A stretch of 59,466 bases of DNA, the filler included, from Bipalium vagum (lineage: Eukaryota), in assembly GCA_037834085.1 (NCBI GenBank). It is 3 parts of 3 records of this genome, joined end to end, with 100 filler letters (N's around TTAATTAATTAA, not from the genome) between each part and the next. Parts side by side here need not be neighbours in the genome. Positions count along the whole stretch, not along the records: positions 1 to 17,250 come from JBBMKC010073524.1; 2 more parts are not named here. The stretch is one strand, 5' to 3'. Shown here in pieces: positions 1-13,689 of this stretch. Under the pieces are notes generated by a model. The model was given only the letters and a program-made list of their open reading frames with translations, was not told the origin of the DNA and did no database searches. Made by a program: the position numbers and the translations under genes. Each line of letters begins with the position of its first letter. Within the stretch, counting starts at the first letter, position 1.

Positions 1-120
1 GTATACAGGTTTTCAATTAACACAGGTGACAATAACTTATATTTACAGTGTACGGAATTAAATATTCAAATAAAAGAGGTGTTCAGCTAACAAAGGTATT
101 CAATTATGCAGGTTTCACTG
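1..120. mobile_element. Right end of a pogo/Tigger-like DNA transposon or MITE
   Basis: Ends in ...GCAGGTTTCACTG|TA, the reverse complement of a TA|CAGTGAAACC Tigger/pogo-type TIR. The left end is outside the window. Confidence 0.4.
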
Positions 121-1099
121 TATATTCACTACTGAAAACTCTTCTATTGTCAAACCTGGTCAAGTTGAACAAATTTTGAAATGAATAAGTTTTTTAATGT
201 TTTGGAACGTATGTTGAACATTTTTTATTTGAATAATATTGAAATATTGGTCCATGGTGTTCAACTTAAAGATGTTTGACTGCAGTTTTAAGCAATCGAT
301 ATTCAGTTTCTAGATATAAAAGGTATGTTATTACAAAAATCTTTTGTGAAAAGAAATACATTTATAGACGATATGCTAAAAGTTTTATTTATCAGATAAA
401 AAATGAAATGTTTGCAAGATTCATTTGAACTTTTTGAGATTAAAAAGGAGAACATTCTCTGATTTTAACATTATAAAGAACAGTACATAAGTCAGAAAAT
501 AAGCTGTTAGTGAGAACATGAAAAGAAATGAAATTAGCCTTATACACTTAAAAAAATAAATTAAGGGCGATTAACACCATTGCAAACTTAAGAACCCACA
601 GAATAAGAATTATAAGGTCTGTATGAATGATTTCGTGATTGAAGTTGACTTTTTCAATTCCATTCAGTCAATAAGTCAGAATAAAGCTATGTTAGAAAAT
701 GAATAAGAAGAAAAATACAAGGCAAAACAACTTCATAAAAAGAAGTTATTTCAACTTACATTATAAAGAAAAGTCTCCTTAGTAATAGAATTTTAAAAAT
801 ATGATATACTATTTAGACATGACTCTTTGGAATCAAATCAATAAAACCGTTATTTCATGCTTGACTGGAAAATAAAAGCTTATAGGACTTAACAAGCTGT
901 AGTTCTCTTTTTCTTAGAAATATTTTATATAGATTCAATTTGTTTAAGGAGTTAGAACAAAAACAGACCTATGATATCGTTTCCCCAGAAAACTTTCGAT
1001 TATTGTCAAAATTTCTAAACACGATTTAAACAAATAAAATTATTTTATTTTGGAGGATTAAATATTATAAATAATAATATTATTCCCACACATCTGCTA

Positions 1100-1750
1100 T
1101 TATATATAATATTATTAAGAACTTTTCTGATCATCAGAAAATATTATTGGTGAGGCAACCACTCATCTGTGTACTGAATACTTTTACAATATCGGTTCCA
1201 TTCCAGTTTGACAAACATTCACCAATCAAACATAATAATATCTGAACTGTAAGTGGATGATGTAGCAAAGTTATTTCTTTTTCTTCAAGGAAATTGATTA
1301 AAGAAGCAACATAATGTGAACAAGCATTATCGTTCTGTTATAATTGATTGCATATGATGTTTGAACTTGTAATTCATTTTTCAAAGGAACTTTAGATAAT
1401 ATTCTCTTGTAATATATTCTTGTAATATATTCAACTGCTGGAAGGACATTATCATGTACCAATATATGCACAATCTTCACAATCTCATCATGTTGAGAAG
1501 ACCGAGGCGTCCAAATCTGGTTTTGGTTTTCTAAAGAAATTCGTTTTCCAGATAGAAGGTCTCAAAGCAAACGATAAATGGTCGTCAGGAATATCGAGTC
1601 TTTGTCCCATGCTTTGCAGATGAACTCATGACAATCTTTAGTCTCCAGGTCATTTCTGGAACATGTTTCAATAAGGAAACAGACTTTTACTTGTAACTTG
1701 TAAAATATTGCACCTACAACATTACTCATAACTTTAACAGGACTGCATCA
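1100..1750 (-). mobile_element. Heavily decayed mariner transposase relic
   Basis: Minus-strand fragments ITREYYLKFL and DNACSHYVASLINFLEEKEITLLHHP/TYSSD match mariner HDNARPH...LLHHPPYSPDL. Many stops and frameshifts. Confidence 0.55.
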
Positions 1751-3432
1751 AAACAAATGGGATTTTATTTACATAATATTGTAATCATATCCTACACAAT
1801 CATACTCTAGATGATTAAATATTTTCATAGGTTAACTTATTTTTCTGCCAGTGACAAAATTTGGTAATATAATAATAATACTATAATAACAATATTTCAA
1901 ATGTTTCAAAAAAGATTACAAACTCGAAATACATGTTCCGTTTGTTGACAGTATTACTCTGAAGATATGGTTTCGTTGCTAACAAGAACATTTATATTTA
2001 CATTTCACTTCTTGAGAATTTTCAATCAATCTAATCATATAAGGTTTATAAAAAGTTTATAAAATTATATATTTATTTATTAATATTTACAGAATTGCTT
2101 CACTCAGAAAAAGCTTACTCAAAGAGATATTTACAAGATAAACAAAAACTGAACCCGATCAGGTCAACAAAAGGTTCAACGAACTTTTAATTTTAAATAA
2201 AGATGATAGTAAAATTCATTGAAATAAATAAAATCATGTTTTACTGAGAAAAATCGTGAAAAAATAAAATTGTTAAAAAATGTTATTTTCTAAAACGACT
2301 CGGAAAATATAAACAAATTATAAATATAATTCAAATTATTCAAAAAACAAAAAATAATAATAAATATTGACAATGCTGATGAAATTGTTTAACTTCTCCG
2401 TGTTTAAGGAATTTTTTTACTCTTTTCTAACGTTATCACATTTGTGTACTTATTTCTTTGCTACCGATTTTTGTAGTTTTTAATGTCATTAAAACAAAAA
2501 TATTTTCAGTGACAATAAATTGAATTATTCCCAACGACAGAAATAAATAAAAATAATATATTCAAAACTGAATGTGAATATATTTTTTTTATTTTCATTT
2601 GATGTCTCTTAATTATTAGATTTTCTTTCTGATTTTACAAATTGCATTACCAAACATAATTCAAGTAAAACAAAATATTACAAATGTTGAGCTTAACATA
2701 AAATAATTAAAAATAATAATTATTCTCAACAGATATCAAAGCTGATGATGGAAATGGGGAAAAATATTTAGATTTAGAGAAAAGTAAATTAATCTTCATT
2801 TGAACAAACAATACTTTAATTAACCATGATTTACATACCAAAATTATATTTAAAATAAAATATCTCATTTACATAATTCATCCATCAAAAACTAATTAAT
2901 TTAAACAATTTTAAAATTAAAAAAATCCCATAGATCATTTATAACATAAATATATAAGTAATATATAAATATTTATGTTAAAGGAAATATTGGTCGTAAA
3001 GTATACAGAAAATTCACTGCAACAAGATGGTAATATAATCCATATTGAGAAGGAAGTCATATAGGCATAAAATGGAATTTATCCCCTTTTTGGGACACGG
3101 GAATAATTCTGTCGCAACGAGTTTTTATTATTCCAACAAAAACAATTCAACAACTAAACTCAGAATTTGATTTATTTAATTTAAACGAAAACAAATCCCA
3201 AATACAACAACAACCACTGGCTTAGACAGCTTAATTAGAAATAAATTAAATTAATAAAAACTAATAAAAAAAATTAAATTACCCTATTAATTTAAACAAA
3301 AAAAACCGTTTACACAATTAAGTAAAAACAATGAAACTTACTGAAAACGAGCAAAGCAACAATGGTGGATTGCGTTTTGCAAAACATTGGAACTGGATCT
3401 TGACCGAGAAACCTTCGAATGGAGGAGATAGC

Positions 3433-3454
3433 GAGAGAGAGAGAGAGAGAGAGA
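3433..3454. repeat. (GA)n microsatellite
   Basis: Direct read of gagagagagagagagagagaga. Confidence 0.9.
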
Positions 3455-4829
3455 AAGAAAGAAATATTTCGTTTTTCGGGGAAATTTTTTTAAAAATAAA
3501 TTTTAAAAAGTCTTAAAGATTTTTAACTGTAAAAAGAAAACCGGTGATTAAATTTCAGCACTTTGATTGGTTTATATTTTTTTAATTCAAACAAGGAAAA
3601 TTGTCGATCATAATTCGAAATAAACCAGTAAACAAACAGTGGAGGAAAATCGACCTACCAGAAAACCCTTTAGTTCATATGCAAATCATCAATGCAATTA
3701 CCCTCAAAATGGACATATCCACCACTGGTGGGAAAATTGTTGATAATTTTGCATTTCCCTGGAGATATTAATTTAGGAATGAATTTCATGAAGAACACAG
3801 GCTTCATTATGCAGAGCTAATTGATGGAATCATCAAACTGATCAAGTTAGGTCGATAAATTGAGGTTTATTTTTCATTATTTTATATGGCTGCGGTGTGA
3901 AAATATACTTTCCGGCTGGTGGTTCATAGATGAATTAATCAATGCCTGAACTTTACTAGAAACACTGTTTAATTTCGATTTGATAGTTGGAAACGGCTTC
4001 CAATTTTCAGGGGGAAAATTGTCTACATATATATATTTTTTTTTGATAAAACGGATAAAATTTAAATAAATATATCTCCATGGTGATCGTTCTGTAAATT
4101 TTTCCCTGATCATTACGCTCTCTGAGATTTTTAGTGCTTTATATTAATAATTCAATTGACCGAAGACGTTATTGATCGGTAAATAAATAAATAATATAAA
4201 ATCGTCAATTATCATAATGGAAAAATTTTATTTTCTAAACAATTTTTTGTTTATTGATTTGCTGATTGGGACATTGTTGTGATTGATTTTTTATAAAATT
4301 TGAATGACAAGGGTAACGATTTCGGCTGGGCTGTGAAGGTTCTCTGTTGATATAAATCGATAAATTGGTATGAGAATTTTATTTTAATATTATCTGAAAA
4401 TGAGCTAAAATGTACAGAATATATTATATACAGTGGTGATCTTAAAAATTTCATTGTAATGAAAAAACAGTTCAAATTTAAACAATAAAAATTTATGACA
4501 TTTCAATTTTAATTTATTAAATAATAAATTTGTTTTAATGTAATTAAACAAAAAAAATAAACCGTATTCGTACAACGGCTTGAATTTTAGAATATTGTTT
4601 GCGATTATTACAATTGTTGAATATAAAAATACTTTGATTAATAATTAAATAATTACTAATTAAGTAATTAAATAAGTGAAATATATAAATAATTGATTAT
4701 TGGAATAAAAAATTTCAACTAAAGATTAAAATGGAAACGTCGGCTGGTAATGAATTTGTGGTCCAAGAAAATTAGAAAAAATGGGAGAAACCAAAATACT
4801 TTGAAAATGAAAACTAAAACAGATGAAAT

Positions 4830-5800
4830 ATACTTGGGCGTCAAGTATGAAATTTTTTTAAAAAAGAGAGTTTATTAATAAAATTCAAACCCAAAGAATT
4901 AATCTAATCATCGAAGTATGCAGCCATCGATTCTATGCACTTTTGCCATTTAAGCGGCAGCTTGTTCAAAGCGGTTGTATAAAACCCTGGCAGACGGAAA
5001 TGAATTCCTGAATGCCAATTGTACAACATGAGAATTGAATTGCTTTCCTATTAAAATGTTCTCCAAATTTTGAAATAAATGGTAGTCGGTAAGAGTCATA
5101 TCTGGTGAGTATGGAGGATGGTGAAGAAGTTCCAACTCAAATTCCTGCAGTTTTCTCAAATTCATTTGTGCAATGTGTGGTCTAGCGTTGTCATGCATTA
5201 AGAGAGGAGTCTATTGACCAATCTTGGCTGTTTTTGTATGTTTTCCCATCATATCGTCCAATTGTTTGCAGTATACTTTTACTGTAATCGATGATCCAGG
5301 TTTCATGAATTCAAAATGGATGATATCTGCGCTAGACCACCAAACATTTACCATCAGCTTCTTTTGATGAATTTTAAGCTTTGAAGTGTTTTGGTGCTTC
5401 ATCTCTGTCCACCCATTATGCCAAACGTTTTCGATTATCATATTTGATCCATTTCTCGTCACAAATGACGATGCGATTCAAAAATGGATCACATTTGGGA
5501 TGAGAAAGCAGCACCAAATAAGCTTTCAAACACTTTAATTTCTGCTTTTCATTGAGTTCTTGAAAAAAACATTTATCCAACTTTTTCACTTTGCCTATTT
5601 GAGACATCTTTCAAACAGAAGGAAACGTAATCTACCATCAAAATGAGACAGTCTCAGAAATCTGATATTGCAACAGCGATAAAGTTTTACTAACTAAAAC
5701 TTGAACTGTTATCACATCGATCATACTCTCTAGATTTAGTCCCAACTGGTTTCTTTGTGTTTTTTTAAATGCTAAAAAATTGAAGAATCATTTCATGTTT
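4830..5800 (-). mobile_element. Decayed mariner (DD34D) element
   Basis: Frameshifted ORFs 5416-5607 (IVICDEKWIKYDN), 5211-5462 (KLMVNVWWSSADIIHFEFMKPG) and 4950-5198 (HDNARPH...HPPYSPDMTLTDYHLF). Confidence 0.9.
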
Positions 5801-7139
5801 GGAAAATTTAGATAAATCTTACTAATACTCTAATTTTAAAAAATCAATAAATGTACGTAAAAATATTGATATAAATAAGCTTTGTTGAATAGATATATAT
5901 TATTTCTTGCTTACTTAAAATTATAATTAAAATATATAATATAATTAGTAAGCTAAAAATTAAGATTTACGGTACATGATTTTATAGGGTTAAACAGAAA
6001 GTTGGTTCGTTTTTTTAATAGTAAAATTCAACGTAATATTTTGAAATGAATATTTATTACAATTCGATAATTTATTGAATAGTAAGTGTATGATATTTTG
6101 AAATGTGAAATTGTAAAGTTCTCTTCAAAGCAATAACGAAAAACATATCTTAATCAATATTTGAATCAATTAATTATACTTTTTTTAATTGAAAAGATAT
6201 TGATTAATTTTTTCTTAAAATAATATTTTTTAAAAATTAAATCATTTTTTGATATTTTAAAATTTCTGGTTACAACAAAAATATAATTTTTTAAAAAAAC
6301 CTAATAAAAATATAATTAGAATTTTTGATTTTCTCAATAATAATAAGCCAAAATTCGAACTCTGCTTACTAAAATTAATTGTAACTTATTAAGATTTAAT
6401 AAATTTTATCAATACCATAGTAAACCTCTTTCAGTATGCTGTCCGTTTTCTTTTAGTCTCGTCTGTATTTCTTCAATATGAATATTTTAATGAAAATTAT
6501 ATTTTAGTAAATTTAATAAAAATATGTTTTAAATGTTTTTTTTTCTAATTTTATTTTTGTAAATATTTCCATTAAAAAATTATAATTTATTTTCAGTTCA
6601 TTAATGATTTTATTTTAATTTTTAAAAAATTCAACAATGTCTATTAATAATTATTTTGATAATAAATTCCTGAAATTTTTATAAATTTATTCAATAAAAA
6701 AATACTTAATATTTTAATAAAAAAATCTTATAAATCTTAAAAATGATAAAAGTTTAAATTATTCAAAAATATGTTAATACAAAAGTCTGCTCTAATTGTC
6801 GCAATTGTTTTCGGAAAACTGTTTTGAATAATAATCAATTGATTGTTTTAATTTCTAAATTATAGCAAAAATTATTATTAAAAATTGAATTGTGAAATTT
6901 AAAAATTGATACAAAAATAAATATTTTTAATAATTATAAATAAAATATATATTAAAATATTTTCATCCAGATTTATTTAAATTAAGCGATTTCTAATTCT
7001 AAAATGAAAGGAATTGATTTATTTAAATGTAAATTTAATTAAACCATTTTTCATTATTCCGATCTTAGTTACGTTTTTTTTTATTTTTATCTAACATTTT
7101 TTTGTTTAAAATGTTTTCTTTTTGTGAACTTTTACTCTA

Positions 7140-7337
7140 TAGCTATAAATTTTATTACCTGAAATTGAGGTGGCTTTCGAATCAAAACAAAGAAATTGGT
7201 ACTTTGATCAGAAAAGAATGCTCCCAGATCGGTGGCGCAAACTCATTGAAGCTTGTGGACTTTATTTTGAAGAGTAGTGTTATTGTTGTAAATAAATAAA
7301 TATATAATTTTGAGTAAGAACTTATGCATTACCATAG
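7140..7337 (+). mobile_element. Mariner 3' end fragment with right TIR
   Basis: RMLPDRWRKLIEACGLYFEE* C-terminus followed by AACTTATGCATTACCATAG|TA. Confidence 0.7.
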
Positions 7338-7869
7338 TATTTTTAAAACCTTTTGATTTATTATCTTATTCCATTAAGAGGAAGGGTCGACATTTCTCAC
7401 AAGCAAAGCTGTTTCAATTAAATACCTGATTTGAAATCCATACTTTATCAATATATTTCTTCAAAGTATCAGGTTCAGACGACTAGACCTGTAATATGGT
7501 AATATTTATTTAAAACTATTATTTTTTTAAAAAGGGTTTTTTCCTCAAATTAAATTTATTATTCTATTATTTGTGGATCAATATTGACAAAAATAATTTT
7601 ATTTGATTTTATTAATTTATTATATATAATATTTCATGAGATCAAAAATATTAGAAAAATAATTCCTTAAATAAAAAAATCATTAAATATTTATTTTATT
7701 AATTTTAAAATTTCTAATTTTTAATAAAATTTAAAATTAATATATAATAAAATAAAATAATTTAAAACTCTTTAAAAATATTTTGTGTAAATTTTTACCA
7801 AAAAATTTTAAAAAATATTTTTTTTATTTTGTATTTTTTGTTTGAATAATCTTTATTAAAAAAATTAAA

Positions 7870-9520
7870 ATGAAACTTTATATTTTATTTATTTTGAATT
7901 TAATTTTGGGATTCACTTTTTCGGCAGTAAATTCTCTTGTAATTAGAAAAAAAAATGAGCCTGTTTCAAAGGATGAAATGTCCTTTTCACAGATTATTTC
8001 ATTATACCTCAAAAAGATCAATAGTATTAATATATATTCAAGGATTTTCATTTACGTTGTTCTGGTAATTATTGTTCTTGCTATTGTTCTTAAAATACTG
8101 TATACCATTTACGAAATTTTCTTACATGGCTTGGTTTCTCTTGTCTGCAAAAAGTGCAAATGTTTAAAAAAAACGGGAAGCACGTCAACATCTTGCGTGG
8201 ATACCCAGGGGAATCCAAGTTCCACGAATGAGTTGGTCCAGCATTCTCAGATGGGAAATATCAATCAAAATCATTTATCTAAATCCATTCCAAATGGGAA
8301 AATGCCAGAAAATCATATTTCTGAATTAAATAGATCAAACTTTAATCAACATTGTCAAAATAATGCAACTGGTAACAACTATGTAAATCAAGGGAATCCA
8401 AGACCAATGTATAACCCTAACTCTCAAATGATGAATTCTAACATGACCCATTCTATGCAACCAGGAGGAAGTATTGCCTTAAATCAAGTTAATCCTAATG
8501 GACATTTCCAAAATTTCGCAACTTGCAACAGTTCCTTAAATCAGGGGAATCCAAGACCAATGTTTAACCCTAACTCTCAAATGATGAATGGTAATATGCC
8601 CCATTCTTTGCAACCAGGAGGAAGTATTGCCTTAAATCAAGTAAATCCTAATGGACATTTCCAAAATTTCGCAACTTGCAACAGTTCCTTAAATCAGGGG
8701 AATCCAAGACCAATGTTTAANNNNNNNNNNNNNNNNNNNNNNNNNNNNNNNNNNNNNNNNNNNNNNNNNNNNNNNNNNNNNNNNNNNNNNNNNNNNNNNN
8801 NNNNNNNNNNNNNNNNNNNNCCCTAACTCTCAAATGATGAATGGTAATATGCCCCATTCTATGCAACCAGGAGGAAGTATTGCCTTAAATCAAGTTAATC
8901 CTAATGGACATTTCCAAAATTTCGCAACTTGTAACAGTTCCATAAATCAGGGGAATCCAAGACCAATGTATAACCCTAACTATCAAATGATGAATGGTAA
9001 TATGCCCCATTCTATGCAACCAGGAGGAAGTATTGCCTTAAATCAAGTAAATCCTAATGATCATTTCCAAAATTTCGCAACTTGTAACAGTTCCATAAAT
9101 CAGGGAAATCCAAGACCTATGAATCAGTTGGATTCTCTCTCTCAAATGACGAAACCAAATGTACCCCATTCATTGCAACCAATTTCGAATGAGAAAATCC
9201 CAGAAAAGTGTATATCTAATGTAAATCAAAAAAACCCCGATGGACCATATCAGACCCCTACCAACCCAGAAAGGAAGGTCAGTTTATTTGTTGAACGCGA
9301 TGAAAACCAAAAACATTTCATCAAATTTTCCGACTGCAAGTTCTTTCTGAAACAAGAAAAAAGTGGAAAGGCGTACTTTAAAAGTGATAAAGAAGAAAAA
9401 TTTTACTTGAAAAAAGATATAGATGGAAAACTCTTTATTGTGATCAGTGAATTTCAGGTATTCATAAATAATTCTGATTTAATTAGATCCATTTTGAAGC
9501 CAAGGGACAACAGAAGTTAG
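7870..9520 (+). CDS. Intronless orphan type I membrane protein: signal peptide, short ectodomain, TM helix, Cys/Lys juxtamembrane motif, 51-aa N/Q-rich tandem repeats, small beta-rich C-terminal domain
   Basis: ORFs 7870-8826 and 8834-9520 join in frame (TTTAA|CCCTAAC) when the 100-N gap is removed, giving at least 516 aa. Signal-like MKLYILFILNLILGFTFSA, TM IFIYVVLVIIVLAIVLKILY, then CKKCKCLKK. AATAAA lies ~50 nt after the stop. Confidence 0.8.
8386..9121 (+). repeat. 153-bp (51-aa) coding tandem repeat array, at least 4 full units
   Basis: Unit starts (AATCA[AG]GG.AATCCAAGACC) at 8386, 8539, 8692, 8945 and 9098. Spacings are 153, 153, 153+100N and 153. Confidence 0.95.
8721..8820. other. 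Assembly gap (100 N) inside the tandem array
   Basis: Plain run of N with flanks in exact repeat register. Confidence 0.98.
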
Positions 9521-9949
9521 AGCGAAAAAATCTATGAAATATTTATTTTGTATAAAAATGAGTTAAAAATAATAAAACTTTTGAAAAACTTGACTTTTTA
9601 AAATATTTTACATAATGTTTTTATTATTTGAAAAATTACATTAAATACGTCAACTGTCAGCAAAGCTTGTGGAATAAAATACTTTTATATATGGTTACTT
9701 TTATTTAAAAATAATCGATTTTTTAAGTCAACACTATTTTGAATGAGACTGAGCCAATTTTCAAAACATTTTTTTCTATAGCTGGCAACCCAGATTCCAA
9801 TACTCGATTTTTGCAATAGCTGCTTCAAGCATCGAAAAGCATTACTGCGTAGTTTCATTTTGGTGGTTGAGAACTAAAGGAAATCATAATGTGATAAGAC
9901 AGGAGATCTGTTGTCTGTGTCTTAAATTAATTCTACATTTTAGTGGCTG

Positions 9950-10600
9950 AAATCGTTGATATGGAATGTTGGAAATTATATATCCTTCAGTATTGACACT
10001 TATTTTATTCTTTAAAGTTATCGTTACCACGTGTCTTTTTTGATCAAAGAAACATAGAGTCGTTTTCTTTGTAGTGTTTTCACATTTTAATAAGCAAACA
10101 GTAAGTTGTTTCTAGGTCATGGGAATAAACCCAAGTTTCTGTGGTATTTAAGCAAAATTAATATGATTTTCTATTTAAGAAGATGGTGTTTGGTCCAACT
10201 GTATCAAATCTTAAATACCTTCAGGTGGTCATGCAAAATAGTTTCAATAACTATCAAACCAATACCAAGGGATATCTCAATTTCACGATATATTTGCCAA
10301 TCATTTCATACACATCATCAATAATGTGTGTTGATGGAAAACCATCGAGGAATTCGTTTTCCACACTTGCGTATCATCTCTGTTGCCATTTGTAAGTGCA
10401 TTTTGTCAATAGGGCTTCTTACCTGGGGCTAATGAAGCTGATTTGGACATCCCCCTAGTGTACGGTGACATTTACTACTTAATCATAGTGAATTATTGAA
10501 AGATAATCTTCACGTGATTATTTAATATTTTATCTATAAGTCTTATTTCAGATGTTTACTTATTGAAAAAAATCAATAATTTTGATTTAAATGATTTATA
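9950..10600 (-). mobile_element. Decayed mariner relic (N-terminal HTH region)
   Basis: Minus-strand SVENEFLDGFP and YREIEISLGIGLIVIETILHDHLKVFKI*YSWTKH resemble mariner SLEDE.R.GRP and ILHEHL..RK...RWVPH. Confidence 0.6.
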
Positions 10601-11489
10601 GTAAATGGAAAATCGAATTTTGAATATTGGTTATATTAAAAAATAGTTATCATTTGAAAAATCAGGTTTCGAAAATATTCCAGGCATCCCAAGCATTCAG
10701 TTGCTTTACGTACACGAAAGGGTATCATTTAATCAAACTTTCAGAATAATTGATATAATTAGGAAGAGTTCAATGTAATATCTTTAAAAGGATCATTCTT
10801 GAAATATATTTATTATAAATAATTATATCATATTTTAATAATAATAACTAAATTGATATGAAACAATATTTTAAATAATAAGTAATAGAAAATCATCTCA
10901 AAAATATTCAGGAATTTATTGTTTTAATTAAAATAATAAATATATGAGGGTGCATATATATTTACGAATATCAAAAGATCTTAGTGAAAAGATGAAATGT
11001 TTACAAATATGCTCATTCATAATTAAAAGGGAAAAACTTGGTTTCTGGTTATGAAATTCTACGAAACAATTTCGTTGGATTAGATTTAATTCATCATTTA
11101 ATATTTTAAACCTTTCAAGTGTCCTTAAGGAGTTTTTTATTTATCTTTATAAATATAAAATATTCAATGTTTTTAAATTCTGTCTCTTACTTTACAAACT
11201 TCTAAAACCATTTAGATCCTTTATTCACTGAGATTATCATTATATTTTTGTTTCATTATTATTTTATTTTTTTCAAACTTAAAATATAATTATTACCCTT
11301 ATAATAATATTAAATTTACTAAAGAAATTGGCTGGATTTTCACATACATTCTTATTTTTATTGATATTTAAAAATCAGGTCTTTTCAAAATCCATTTTTA
11401 TTGAGAAACAAATATTTTATGGAAAATGATAAATAATATTACTATTATAAAATAACTAAATAACACTTCATTTTGGAAAGTAATAATCT

Positions 11490-12533
11490 AAATAGTCAAT
11501 TATTTCTAAAAATCATTTGGAATCCACAAATTACCCCCAAAATCATAATTGAAACAATACTTAATCTCCAATATTTGCTCTCAGGATATAAATGAATTTC
11601 GAATAATTTGATATTCCTGACTGTATAAAATAACACATAATGAATCTTTTACCTATTGTGCCAAACTACCTCAACAGATTTAAGTGTTATGGCATATTCT
11701 ACAAATGTAGATTCGAGCTCCTTGGTTTTCAAACATATATGGTATGTTTCCTTAATCACCAAATTACAGATTTCTATAGACAACTTTTTCTATAAACAAG
11801 ACGAAGTAAATGATTGAATCTTTATTTGGATTTTTTTCTGTCCCATGATCTTCTTTAATTTCTGAAGAATAAAGATTTAATTTAACTAATATTATTATAT
11901 AATATATTTTATTTATCTTAATAAAAACGATCATAGCATAAATTACATATGAATCCCATAAAAACTAATGTATGGAGAAGAATAAAATGCAATGTCTTCA
12001 TTATCTATTTTATTATTAAAATTTTGATTCTTCCAAAAATTCAGTTTTTTTAATATGTAACCACAATAATTTATAAAAAATTGTGTAAAGCTTTCGATTT
12101 TCTCTTTTAATGATAGAAATATTGTTTTCATACACATGCAAATCTTACCTACTTATCATTACCATAAATAATATTGTGAGTTTTTAATTGTATGGAAAAG
12201 AACTTTTAATTAGTCCTGGTAATTTGAGTATTTTTGAACATGATTTTATAATCAGAAATTAATTGAATGATCAAAATGACCACTAGAGTAGAACTTTAAT
12301 TTTGAATTTTGACGACATGAAGAACCTTTGTCAAAAATATTATTAATATGAAAAATTGTGGCGCTTGTTGAGAATGAAATATGGGCGAGATTTAAAATCT
12401 CACAAGTGGCAATAAACTATATCTCTTGATATTTAATTAATCAAGTTAACGCTTTTAAATATAGTGTGTTAATTAACGTAACTGTACAAGTGTTATTATT
12501 TAAATTTGTCAATTTTATAATTTCAATTGTCAT
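11490..12533 (-). pseudogene. Possible spliced gene or pseudogene of unknown function, head-to-head with SERP1
   Basis: Exon-like minus-strand blocks with GT..AG boundaries (e.g. ...IIY/EKIESFTQFFINYCGY..., and a terminal hydrophobic WRLSIVSIMILGVICGFQMIF). I could not assemble a single stop-free model. Confidence 0.25.
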
Positions 12534-12717
12534 TTATTCTAAATTTACGTTAATTAAATTTTAAAAAATCTCAAATTTTTCTTTTATGGAATCAAAATAC
12601 TATTTAACTAATTTAAGTCTCTAAATATATTTTATTTTTAAAAATTCAAACTTGTTTATCTGAACTAAAATTTGTTGTCGTACAGTTGTAAGTTTCAAGT
12701 TTTATTGTTGTATCATA

Positions 12718-13011
<294 letters not shown>

Positions 13012-13689
13012 TCTTTGGCAATTCTTCAAATGTGATAAATTGCAATTTGCTTTTTAATATAAATTCATATTTTGATTTTGGAAACATAATTTGTAATTTT
13101 TTGATTGTTGAATATTTTTTGAGAGGGATAATTTAAGGTGTTAAAATAAATTCTATGATTGGACGTTAATTCTATTAATTTTTATTTTAGCTACAATTCT
13201 CTTTTTTCTATTTATCAATTATAAAGATGTTTTGAATTTTATTTTGATTTGACTAAAAATGATTTTAAAAAATTAAAAACCAGTTAATTTTGACTGCTTA
13301 CATTGGAATTGGTTTTTCTCATCTTTAGTTACGATTATTAGTCCTTTTAGTGTACTGCTAATTACAGAGCAACTTTATACGAGTTTATCACTGGTTAAAA
13401 ATGTTAAGTTTACTGGTTAAAAGTAAAGAGATGTATTAAAGTTTGTGTAGAGTTTCTCGATATTAATGGAAGGGAAGTTAAGATTATTTGATTTATTAAA
13501 CTTATGATTTGATTATGGAAAGTTTGTAATGGTATATTAATATTATAGAACCTAAATAAATTAGAGTTTAAAAATTGAATAAAGTACTTTTTTAAATAAA
13601 TATTAAAAAAAATTGGAAGTAAGAATTTTTCAAAAACATTTGTTATAAAAATTTATTTACAAACTTTTCAGTTTAAAAATCAATTGACG

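Noticed and set aside
3280-3870. First exon or promoter of a minus-strand gene and nearby short ORFs (3331-3516, ~3679-3858)
   Set aside because: A GTAAGT donor and a (CT)n tract are suggestive, but no coding exon could be linked. The ORF runs through a microsatellite.
8386-9121. Regular repeat array as CRISPR-like
   Set aside because: No unique spacers. Units are contiguous, in frame and coding, in a eukaryotic context.
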